A stretch of DNA of 11,631 nucleotides. Source: a candidate division FCPU426 bacterium. Lineage in GTDB: Bacteria > Oederibacteriota > Muellerivitia > Muellerivitales > Muellerivitaceae. The position numbers and the translations under genes are program-made. The DNA is taken from positions 1 through 11,631 of the forward strand of contig CAWHOE010000012.1 in the NCBI GenBank assembly GCA_963830915.1, in the 5' to 3' direction. Below are positions 1 through 7,143 of this stretch, piece after piece. Numbering within the stretch: the first letter of the stretch is position 1; each line of letters opens with the position of its first letter. The notes under the pieces are model-generated. The model saw only the letters and a list, made by a program, of their open reading frames with translations, did not search any database and was not told the DNA's origin.

Positions 1-947
1 ATAACCTTGCCGATCCCCCCGATCCATCCCATGCCAAACACGAACTTGAGGATGGCGAAAGGATCGTGGAAGGAGAAAAGTTCTCCGTCGATCGTCTTCA
101 GGACCTGATTGATATCGGGGGCGCAAAGGCAGGCGCCTACCGTTTTACCGTCCACTTCCGCGAAGATGATGTATTCAGGCACTACGATATCCTTGAGTTT
201 TTTGGCTTGATAGTTGAGCTCCTCGTCGGTCATGGCTACCGCGCCCCAATTGGCGTACCAGGCCCGGTTGTAGACATCCTTGAAGGCCATGACTTCCTCA
301 AAGAACTTTTTCTTGTCGAGGGAACGGATCACCAGTTTTTCCTTCTTTTTGATGTGCTCGGCGATCTTAATGATCCTCTCCGGGAAGGGATTGGTCGCGT
401 CCAGCCACCAGGCGTAAAGGTCCTTGCCCTTTGTGTAGCCGCATTTCTCGGCCAATTCCAGGTAATAGGGAGGGTTGTAGGTCATAGCCATGACCGCGGG
501 TTGGTCGTAACCCTTTAAAAGGAAACCATAATAGTCGTCGTTGGAGGTGAAGCTGGAGGGGCCGATGACCTTGGTCACGCCTTCTTTCCTCAGGAAGTTC
601 TCAGCCTCCTGGAAGAGGACCTTGGCCACCTCGGAGTCATTGACGCATTCGAACCAGCCGAAATGGCCGGTCTTCTCGTTCCATTGCTTGAAGAAGTTCT
701 CGTCGGCGCTGGCGGAAATACGCCCGACGATCTCTCCTTTTTCGTTGAAAGCAGAGAACAAAGCGGTCTTCGCGTGACTATGGAAGGGGTTCTTCTTGGG
801 GTCCAGCAAGCTGCGCTGGTCATCGAGGAAAGGAGGGACCCAGTTGGGGTCGCGTTTCCCGTTGGCATCGACATAGATCTTCCAGGGAAGATGTAAAAAA
901 GTCTCGATATCCTTCTTCGACTCGACCTGCTTGACCGTAATGGCCAT
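1..947 (-). CDS. bcerS: YghO-like GNAT-fold N-acyltransferase; candidate bacterial ceramide synthase (bCerS); 3' end runs off the window edge
   Basis: My translation from the ATG at 947 is open to the edge (315 codons): MAITVKQVESKKDIETFLHLPWKIY...DPNWVPPFLDDQRSLLDPKKNPFHSH...GEIVGRISA...GHFGWFECVNDSEVAK...VIGPSSFTSNDDYYGFLLKGYDQPAVMAMTYNPPYYLEL...VYNRAWYANWGAVAMTDEE...PDINQVLK. The WVPP, NPF, GRI, FGWFEC, GP, YNPPYY, NWG and PDIN motifs are typical of the YghO/bCerS family. Strong SD (AAGGAGGAGA) at 960-951. It lies directly downstream of the spt-like gene. Family call is high confidence; ceramide synthase activity is inferred. Confidence 0.82.
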   Translation of the reverse strand, partial: MAITVKQVESKKDIETFLHLPWKIYVDANGKRDPNWVPPFLDDQRSLLDPKKNPFHSHAKTALFSAFNEKGEIVGRISASADENFFKQWNEKTGHFGWFECVNDSEVAKVLFQEAENFLRKEGVTKVIGPSSFTSNDDYYGFLLKGYDQPAVMAMTYNPPYYLELAEKCGYTKGKDLYAWWLDATNPFPERIIKIAEHIKKKEKLVIRSLDKKKFFEEVMAFKDVYNRAWYANWGAVAMTDEELNYQAKKLKDIVVPEYIIFAEVDGKTVGACLCAPDINQVLKTIDGELFSFHDPFAILKFVFGMGWIGGIGKV

Positions 948-950
948 GAA

Positions 951-960
951 TCTCCTCCTT
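951..960 (-). promoter_or_regulatory. Shine-Dalgarno site for the bCerS-like gene
   Basis: Minus strand reads AAGGAGGAGA-TTC-ATG (ATG at 947-945). Confidence 0.85.
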
Positions 961-1065
961 CAAGAGTAGACTTTGGATTTTAATCAAGTTTGGTTAGCTT
1001 GCGTCCCTGTACTATGTCTTTTTCTCAAAAAACCACAATCGAAAATTCAGCCTTTAACATCTTTT

Positions 1066-2247
1066 TTACTTAATGACCCCGTACTTTTTACCGACTTTTT
1101 GGAAGCTTTCCAAGACATGGTCTAATTGCTGGTCGGTGTGGGTGGCGGTATAGGAGGTTCGGATCAGGGTCATTTCGGGCGGGACCGCTGGGGACACAAC
1201 GGGCGTCGCGAATACCCCCATCTCGCCCAATTCCTTGGTCATGGCGAAAGTCTTCATGTTATCGCCCACCATCAAGGGGATGATAGCCGACTGGGTATTC
1301 AGGGTGTTCCAACCCATGGCCTTGTAGGCTTCCCGCATTTTCTTGACGATCTTCCAGAGACGTTCGCGACGGTCCGGCTCGCGCTTGATGATCTCCAGGC
1401 TCTTCAGAACAGCCGCCGTGTCGGCGGGGGAAAGGCTGGCGGAGAAAATGAGAGGACGGCTGTTATGCTTGAGGAAGTCTATGACTTTATGGGTGGAAGC
1501 GATGAAGCCCCCGATGGATACGAATGACTTGGAGAAGGTCCCCATGACCATATCCACGTCCTTCTGGAGGCCGAAATGGGAGCCGATACCCTCTCCCTGT
1601 GGGCCAAATAGGCCCAGGGAGTGGGCCTCATCCACCATAAGCCGGGAATTGTATTTTTTCTTAAGCTCAACGATCTTTGGAAGCTCGCAAATATCCCCGC
1701 CCATGGAGAAGACCGCGTCGGTGACGATAATCTTGGAGGTATCCTTGTGGTTGTTCAAGACCCTTTCCAACTCTTCCATGTTGTTGTGCTCGTACTTGAC
1801 GGTCTTGGCGAAGGATAGCTTGCAGCCGTCCACGATGCTGGCGTGGTTATCGCGGTCGGAAATGATGTAGTCGCCCCGGGTGGCGATGGTGGATAGTGCT
1901 CCCAGGTTGGATTGGAACCCAGTGGAATAGACCAGAGCGTCTTCCATATGGACGTAATCAGCCAGTTTTTCCTCTAACTCAACCCTTATGTCCAGGGTTC
2001 CGTTCAGGAAGGGGGAGCCCGTGCAGGCGGAGCCGTATTTGCGGATGGCCTGGACCATGGCCTCCAGGACCTCGGGGTGAGTGACCAAACCCAGGTAGTT
2101 ATTAGAACCCACCATGATCATTTTTTTGCCGCCAATGGTGACTTCCGTACCCATGCTGGAAGTATTGGGGCGGAAATAGGGGTAGTAACCCGTTTTTCGC
2201 ACATCGTCCGCTGCGGTCCAATTATTAGCCTTATCGAAAATATCCAT
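1066..2247 (-). CDS. spt: Serine palmitoyltransferase-like PLP-dependent alpha-oxoamine synthase (aminotransferase class I/II), 393 aa
   Basis: Motifs GSNNYLGL, HASIVDG, DAVFSMGGD, VDEAH and GTFSKS (PLP lysine). The N-terminal GYYPYFR...GTEV segment, FLNGTLD, MGTFSKSFVSIGGF, IFSAS and TATHT match the Bacteroidota-type SPT pattern better than BioF or Kbl. Start placed at ATG 2247 (MDIFDKANNW) because AAGAGGA lies just upstream; the ORF track start is 2265. Neighbours support SPT. Confidence 0.85.
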   Translation of the reverse strand: MDIFDKANNWTAADDVRKTGYYPYFRPNTSSMGTEVTIGGKKMIMVGSNNYLGLVTHPEVLEAMVQAIRKYGSACTGSPFLNGTLDIRVELEEKLADYVHMEDALVYSTGFQSNLGALSTIATRGDYIISDRDNHASIVDGCKLSFAKTVKYEHNNMEELERVLNNHKDTSKIIVTDAVFSMGGDICELPKIVELKKKYNSRLMVDEAHSLGLFGPQGEGIGSHFGLQKDVDMVMGTFSKSFVSIGGFIASTHKVIDFLKHNSRPLIFSASLSPADTAAVLKSLEIIKREPDRRERLWKIVKKMREAYKAMGWNTLNTQSAIIPLMVGDNMKTFAMTKELGEMGVFATPVVSPAVPPEMTLIRTSYTATHTDQQLDHVLESFQKVGKKYGVIK

Positions 2248-2409
2248 GGTTCCTCTTATGAGCATATTTTTCTAGAATTTAACGCTTGTTCGTCCTTGAA
2301 TGAAGGACCGAAGGCCGACCTTCCTGGTTGGAACACCCGGCCGGCGCCTTGAGCGAATCCCTTATTTCACCTTTGGGGGTGAAGGGATGTTGTTGTCAAA
2401 GGCGGACGT

Positions 2410-2438
2410 ATTATAAGATGGGGCACCATGTTAATCAA
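2410..2438 (-). promoter_or_regulatory. Putative sigma70 promoter for the spt-bcerS transcript
   Basis: Minus strand TTGATT (2438-2433), 17-nt spacer, perfect TATAAT (2415-2410). This predicts a start near 2403 and a leader of about 155 nt. Confidence 0.6.
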
Positions 2439-2465
2439 ACAATTTGCCTTAAACGCGCTCCTGTC

Positions 2466-3491
2466 ATGAAATTTCCTTCTCCCGTTCTGATCACAGGGGC
2501 CAGCGGGTTTGTCGGGGGCCATTTGGCCCAGACCCTTGCCGAAAAAAATGTGAAAACCAAGTTATTGGTCCGTCAGACGAGCCGTCTTCCTTTCGAGGTC
2601 GGCCCTAATATGGAACTGTGTTATGGGGATGTGACTGACGAGGATTCCCTGAGGAAAGCGGCCCTGGGAGTGAAGGTGATCTTCCACCTGGCGGGGGCCC
2701 TGCGCAGCGACGATTTTTCATACTACAAAAATATCAATGTCGAAGGGACCAGGAACGTTTGCGAGGCAGCCGCACGGGTGAAGGGCCTCAAGAAAATGGT
2801 GTTCGTCAGTTCGCTTTCCGCGGCGGGACCCTCAAAAGCGGGGAGACCGATCGACGAGACCATGACCGGGAACCCGGTGAGTTACTACGGCAAGTCCAAA
2901 TTGATGGCCGAGGATATCGTCCAGTCCTTCGGGAAAAAGTTCCCCTGGACCATCCTGCGCCCCGGCGCAGTCTATGGGCCGAGGGAGAAGGATATCTTCA
3001 ATTATTTCAAGATGGTCCGACAAGGGTTGGTGCTGCTACCGGGGGATGACTCCCAAGAGGTGAGCTTTGTCCACGTGATGGACCTGGTGGAGGTCATGAC
3101 TCGGGCGGCCCTAAGCCAAAAGACGACCGGACAGGTCTATTTCGTGTCCGACGGAAGCGGTTATCGCTGGGGACAAATCGCCTCCTATATCGGTAAAGCC
3201 TTAAATAAGTCTTATTTAACTATCAAGGTTCCCATCGGAATCGTTAAAATAGTGGCCCATCTATCGGGTTTGTGGGGAAGGGTGACGGGTAAGCCCGCCA
3301 TTCTCAACGGCAACAAGGTCAAGGAAGCGTTGGTACCTGGATGGGTTTGCAGCAATCGGAAATTATGCCGGGATCTGTCGTTCAAACCCCGGTTCGACCT
3401 GCGACGGGGGATCGCCGATACGGCGAGGTTTTATTTACAGGAAGGTTGGCTGAAACCAACCGATAAACCGTTATCACGAGGAAAAAAATGA
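2466..3491 (+). CDS. cerR: Extended SDR / NAD-dependent epimerase-dehydratase family; candidate ceramide reductase (CerR), 341 aa
   Basis: TGASGFVG Rossmann motif, FHLAG, catalytic S (VSSLSA) and YGKSK (YxxxK). RPGAVYGPREKD, YFVSDG and terminal YLQEGWL recall the Bacteroidota-type CerR subgroup. Start placed at ATG 2466 so the Rossmann motif sits near the N-terminus; no clear SD. SDR call is firm; CerR role is inferred from context. Confidence 0.72.
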   Translation: MKFPSPVLITGASGFVGGHLAQTLAEKNVKTKLLVRQTSRLPFEVGPNMELCYGDVTDEDSLRKAALGVKVIFHLAGALRSDDFSYYKNINVEGTRNVCEAAARVKGLKKMVFVSSLSAAGPSKAGRPIDETMTGNPVSYYGKSKLMAEDIVQSFGKKFPWTILRPGAVYGPREKDIFNYFKMVRQGLVLLPGDDSQEVSFVHVMDLVEVMTRAALSQKTTGQVYFVSDGSGYRWGQIASYIGKALNKSYLTIKVPIGIVKIVAHLSGLWGRVTGKPAILNGNKVKEALVPGWVCSNRKLCRDLSFKPRFDLRRGIADTARFYLQEGWLKPTDKPLSRGKK

Positions 3492-4543
3492 AATTTTTCG
3501 ATCTGAAGAGAACGACACTGGCCATGATGATCCTGGCTGGCGCGGCCAGGCTGGCCTGGAGCCAGACAGCTATCACCGACTCAGTTCTGCCTCCCGACCA
3601 TCTTTTGGAAAACTTGCCCTGGATGGGGGATGACGGCAAAGTGGATAACAAAGGTCTGTTCGATTTCGAGGATCTTCGGAGCCTGGGCCTGAAAGACCTG
3701 ATCCTGATCTATCGGCAGACCGTGCCGGTGAACGAATTGGACAAGCCCCACAACCAGACACTGGCCGCTTGTTTCTACGACCCGACGCAAAAGAAGTACA
3801 CGAAGAATTTCGAGGACGACGGCGGTTCGATCCAATGGGTGAGATTGATGACGGCTCCTGAGGGAAAACATTCATTTCTAGTTTACGAAAGGGATGATCT
3901 GAAGGGTGGGCAAGTGCTGAAAGCCTACGCCTATTTGGACGGGGCCTTTAAGCAGGTCTTGGAAGCCGAGGCGAACCAGGTGTTCACCGTGTTCCATGAC
4001 GGGACGGAGATACTCTGTTCCTCCAAGGAAGCTCCCAAGGACAAGCCAGACGCGGAACATGTTTTCGCGTGGGATGAGGCCAAAGGTCAATTCGCCGACG
4101 AGAACGTCGTCACAGCCGCCAACGGCTGGTCGGGTTTCTCCATCGCCATAGCCACACCGGTGGTCGCGGCCCAGGCTGCCTCACCCGCGAGCGTTAAGCC
4201 GGCCAAGCCGGGGCGCAAATCGGCGGCTGGTTGGTGGGATGTGCCTTTTGACGCGCAGGTTTCCTTTGATAAGCTGAAGAAGGAGATCGTGCCGGATAGG
4301 ATCAAGGACAATAAAATCGCCCAATTGGGGCAGGACGCCAAGGCCTTTTTCCAGGAAGCCCAAAAGAACGGGGTGAAAGGCAAAGATTTCATCGCCATGA
4401 GGGCCGGTTATTACGCGGCGGTCGCCAATGCCCTTTATTCCCTCAACCATAATAAGGACGCGGCCTATTATCTGGACTTGGCCCTCAAGCTTCAGTCGGA
4501 TAATCCGGAAGGTTTGGCGCTCAAGGAGAAGATGAAACAGTAG
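3488..4543 (+). CDS. Secreted hypothetical protein (signal peptide, beta-rich N-domain, Ala/Pro/Lys linker, helical C-domain ending in a TPR-like motif), 351 aa
   Basis: ATGA overlap with the upstream stop (3488-3491) and GAGG SD at 3478-3481. Sec-type signal MKFFDLKRTTLAMMILAGAARLAWS|Q. Linker ATPVVAAQAASPASVKPAKPGRKSAA. TPR-like YYAAVANALYSLNHNKDAAYYLDLALKLQSDNPEG. Confidence 0.8.
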   Translation: MKFFDLKRTTLAMMILAGAARLAWSQTAITDSVLPPDHLLENLPWMGDDGKVDNKGLFDFEDLRSLGLKDLILIYRQTVPVNELDKPHNQTLAACFYDPTQKKYTKNFEDDGGSIQWVRLMTAPEGKHSFLVYERDDLKGGQVLKAYAYLDGAFKQVLEAEANQVFTVFHDGTEILCSSKEAPKDKPDAEHVFAWDEAKGQFADENVVTAANGWSGFSIAIATPVVAAQAASPASVKPAKPGRKSAAGWWDVPFDAQVSFDKLKKEIVPDRIKDNKIAQLGQDAKAFFQEAQKNGVKGKDFIAMRAGYYAAVANALYSLNHNKDAAYYLDLALKLQSDNPEGLALKEKMKQ

Positions 4544-4574
4544 GCTGTCATTTTTTGTCCAGCTGGAGGTTAGG

Positions 4575-4613
4575 AAACAAAAAAGCGGTGGAACCTTTGG
4601 TCCCACCGCTTTT
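4575..4613 (-). terminator. Intrinsic terminator after tRNA-Leu, probably bidirectional
   Basis: Minus strand GCGGTGGGACC-AAA-GGTTCCACCGC (11-bp stem with one G-U) followed by TTTTTTGTTT. On the plus strand the same hairpin is followed by TTTT. It lies between convergent transcripts (CDS ending 4543; tRNA 3' end at 4627). Confidence 0.88.
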
Positions 4614-4626
4614 GAATGTTGAATAG

Positions 4627-4709
4627 TGGTGCCCGAGGCGGGACTCGAACCCGCACGGTCGCCCATACGCACCTCAAGCGTACGTGTCTGCCAATTCCAC
4701 CACTCGGGC
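4627..4709 (-). tRNA. tRNA-Leu (anticodon GAG), 83 nt, CCA encoded
   Basis: Minus strand: acceptor stem GCCCGAG/CTCGGGC + discriminator A + CCA; D-arm GTGGAATTGGCAGACAC; anticodon arm TACGC-TTGAGGT-GCGTA; short class II variable arm GG-GCGA-CC; T-arm GCGGG-TTCGAGT-CCCGC. Confidence 0.97.
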
Positions 4710-4753
4710 TTTTCCAATCAAAAGACGAGGCGCTTCTAGAAAAACGAAGTCGT

Positions 4754-4781
4754 ATTATAACCAGTGACCTTTGATTGTCAA
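4754..4781 (-). promoter_or_regulatory. Consensus sigma70 promoter for tRNA-Leu
   Basis: Minus strand TTGACA (4781-4776), 16-nt spacer, TATAAT (4759-4754). Both hexamers are perfect and end about 45 nt upstream of the tRNA 5' end. Confidence 0.85.
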
Positions 4782-4827
4782 TCAAGGCCCTAAAGGGGCA
4801 AATACCACGTCCAACGAAGGTGCGCGA

Positions 4828-7143
4828 TTGAAAAGAGCTTTGTTATCCCTTTTGGTCCTGGCCGCATTCATCGTGGGGATAGGCTCTTCGGCCTGGTTCC
4901 CGTCCTTGAGACTGCTGTGGGATACCCAATGGGATCCTTCTCTTGGGGCGGCCTTGTGGTCCTTGAGGATCAACGCTTTCCTCTGGCTTATCCCTGTAAT
5001 GATAGGTTTTTGTGGCTGGATGGCCGCGCTTGAGACCTTACTCCTCAACAAACTCCGCACTGAATTCAAAACCGCTTTAGGATTGGGAATAACCCTCTCG
5101 TTCTTTTCGTTCTTTTCTTTTGGGTTGGCAATCAATGGGATATTGACCGGACCAACGACCGCTTTTTTTTTCTTGCCATTCCTTTTCAAGGGATGGCGAT
5201 TTCTAACTCAAAGAAAGTCATTCGAGAAATGGGGAAGGGAATGGTTATGGTTGGTCCTTCCAGCCCTATTCTGGGGTATGGAATATCTTTCCTCTCCCAT
5301 AGTTTGGGACGCCGTGCTGGACCATTTTCGGTTTGCCAGGGAAGTCGCCAGGCTTCACCAATTGCCATTCCACTGGGTGAACCACACTGGGGATATGCCC
5401 AAACTGGCCGAGATGATTTGGGCCGGGTTTTGGGCGATGGGAGGGGAAGCACTCTCGAAAATATCCATGGCTTTGGCACTTCTATTGACCCTCTTGATCT
5501 TTTTTGGGATCGCCAAGGAAGAAAGAATCAAGGGTTGGGTACTGGCCTGGATCCTTTTAACCTGTCCTTATCTGATGGCTCTTTACGCTTGGGGTTATGT
5601 GGAGGGTTTCTTGGCGGTTTATTGCTTGTTGGCCTTGATCTGCCTTATCAAAAGCCATTCGGAAAAGGAAGGGAAGGCATGGGTGAGCCTTGCCTTCTTT
5701 TTCTTGGGAGTCGCCTTGGCAGTCAAATTTACGGCGGTCTTGGCGGTCCTGGCCATTGGCGCTGTCATGCTGGCGAGGCCGTCGAGATCCATGAAGAACC
5801 TTGAGTTCAAAGCGTTACTCATATTTCTGATCCCTTTTCTTCCGTGGCTTTTGAGGGATTTCTTGGCCAATGGCAATCCCTTTTATCCGATTCTCATTAA
5901 CCTATTCGGCGGACCTCCTGGGTTCGATACGACCATGGGTAACAGCTTGTTAAGCGACACGGGTTTACCTAGTTCCTATAAACCCTTTGATCTGCTACTT
6001 CGATTGGGCTGGGTATTTTTCACCGGCTCCAACGGAGTGGGAGCTCCCTGGACACCCCTGGTATTGATGAGCCTGCCCTGGTGGGGAAAAGTCCTAAAGA
6101 CAGAACGAGCCAAGTTGTTGTTTTTATTCTGTTTTGTTTTCCTGGCTGGATGGCTGTTCTTGAGCGTTGATTTTCGCCACGCTTCTGGCGCTGGTCTTGG
6201 GTTGGTTTTATTGGCCGGAATGGCCTGGGGAAAAGCATGGGAGGAAAAGTCTCAATGGCCAAAATGGTCATTCGGGATAGGATGTTTCCTTTCTTTATGG
6301 CTATGTTGTTCGGCCCAATTGAGCGCAACCGCCCCTTACGCTTCCGCGTTGGGCCTAGAGGATCCCTTGGTCAGGTTAAAACGGAACTATTCCTTAGACA
6401 TGGACACCTACGCGGCTTACCGAGCGATCGAGAAGGATTCGGGACCTCGGGATAAAGTCGTAGCATTTGGGGTGTTCCAAACCTATCCCCTGGACCGGAC
6501 AGCTTTTGTGGATTTCTTTTGGAAAAAACCCATTTTCCTCGCCTGGGCGAGCCAATGTCGAACGGCTGAGGATTTGGCCCTTCGGTTGAAAAGGGAAGGG
6601 GTCACCCATTTTCTCTATCAACAGGGCGAGGCGGTGAATATGTCCCTGCGTGAGAAAGGTTTTGAGTTGGAGGGAATGCCCGTCAAGGAGTACATCCGTT
6701 TTTGGACCGACTTCGCCCAACCCCTGGTTGGTTATGAAAATAGCATGGTCTATCGAATATGCGAACGACCCTTGGCCCATTCACGGTTGTTGGATCAATT
6801 GCCCGGTATCCAAGAGAAACCATTGGCGAACGTCAAAAGGTCTGCCGATCATCAACAATGGGACCAAGCATTGGAACAGGTATCTGGTTTAACTGACCGA
6901 TTCCCCACGCTGGCCTCGGCCTGGAAGTTGAAGGCGGAAGTGGAGGAGCGATTAGGGAATCGGCGGGAGGCTGGCTCGACCGGGAAAAAGGCCTTAGGTT
7001 TAGGCCTAGAAAATGGAGACCTCTACGATACAATGATGCGTTGTTCGAACGATGCGAAAGATTGGCAAGGAAAAAGGGACGCTTTCTTGTCGGACCGGGC
7101 TCAAGCTATCCGGGAAGCTTTGTCACATTACAGGGGTGAATGA
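4828..7143 (+). CDS. Polytopic membrane protein, GT-C fold glycosyltransferase-like (ArnT/PMT_2-like), with soluble C-terminal domain and TPR-like tail, ~771 aa
   Basis: More than 12 hydrophobic segments. WDAVLDHF (compare WDxxxYH loop), GYVEG, AVKFTA and PWLLRDFLANGNPFYP motifs are typical of uncharacterised GT-C-like proteins. LKREGVTHFL in the soluble domain. TPR-like AWKLKAEVEERLGNRREA. Start placed at TTG 4828 after GAAGGTG (4816-4822); the ORF-track start 4771 overlaps the tRNA promoter. Confidence 0.65.
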   Translation: MKRALLSLLVLAAFIVGIGSSAWFPSLRLLWDTQWDPSLGAALWSLRINAFLWLIPVMIGFCGWMAALETLLLNKLRTEFKTALGLGITLSFFSFFSFGLAINGILTGPTTAFFFLPFLFKGWRFLTQRKSFEKWGREWLWLVLPALFWGMEYLSSPIVWDAVLDHFRFAREVARLHQLPFHWVNHTGDMPKLAEMIWAGFWAMGGEALSKISMALALLLTLLIFFGIAKEERIKGWVLAWILLTCPYLMALYAWGYVEGFLAVYCLLALICLIKSHSEKEGKAWVSLAFFFLGVALAVKFTAVLAVLAIGAVMLARPSRSMKNLEFKALLIFLIPFLPWLLRDFLANGNPFYPILINLFGGPPGFDTTMGNSLLSDTGLPSSYKPFDLLLRLGWVFFTGSNGVGAPWTPLVLMSLPWWGKVLKTERAKLLFLFCFVFLAGWLFLSVDFRHASGAGLGLVLLAGMAWGKAWEEKSQWPKWSFGIGCFLSLWLCCSAQLSATAPYASALGLEDPLVRLKRNYSLDMDTYAAYRAIEKDSGPRDKVVAFGVFQTYPLDRTAFVDFFWKKPIFLAWASQCRTAEDLALRLKREGVTHFLYQQGEAVNMSLREKGFELEGMPVKEYIRFWTDFAQPLVGYENSMVYRICERPLAHSRLLDQLPGIQEKPLANVKRSADHQQWDQALEQVSGLTDRFPTLASAWKLKAEVEERLGNRREAGSTGKKALGLGLENGDLYDTMMRCSNDAKDWQGKRDAFLSDRAQAIREALSHYRGE

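Noticed and set aside
66..896. ORF-track entries 66-518, 541-777, 663-896 (+) and 590-874 (-)
   Set aside because: They are shadow or alternative frames of the minus-strand bCerS-like gene, which has an SD and family motifs.
1066..2247. Annotation as BioF (8-amino-7-oxononanoate synthase) or Kbl
   Set aside because: Same fold, but the YPYFR/GTEV/FLNGTLD/GTFSKS pattern and the bCerS- and CerR-like neighbours favour SPT. No bio or tdh genes are nearby. Not formally excluded without a tree or assay.
1126..2352. Plus-strand ORFs of 62-175 aa opposite spt
   Set aside because: Antisense shadows of a codon-biased gene, with no motifs or SD.
2283..2355. Glycine riboswitch or SRP RNA match suggested by CCGAAGG and GGAA words
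   Set aside because: The other conserved elements are missing, and CCGAAGG is on the strand opposite spt. Kept only as an unassigned structured leader.
2328..2465. 46-aa N-terminal extension of the SDR in the ORF track
   Set aside because: It crosses the divergent promoter and hairpin region, and extended SDRs start a few residues before TGxxGxxG.
4544..4709. tRNA-Leu as an integration site or island boundary
   Set aside because: No integrase and no duplicated tRNA 3' end seen in the window; the terminator follows the tRNA directly.
4181..4785. Minus-strand ORFs 4181-4717 and 4570-4785
   Set aside because: They read through the tRNA-Leu gene and its terminator.
5163..5171. T9 homopolymer in the GT-C-like gene as a phase-variation tract
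   Set aside because: It encodes a Phe run (AFFFL) in a transmembrane segment and the frame is intact. Read-level length variation would be needed to support it.
5193..5804. 203-aa same-strand alternative-frame ORF inside the GT-C-like gene
   Set aside because: Gly/Leu/Ser-rich out-of-frame translation with no motifs and no frameshift signal; the main frame is uninterrupted.
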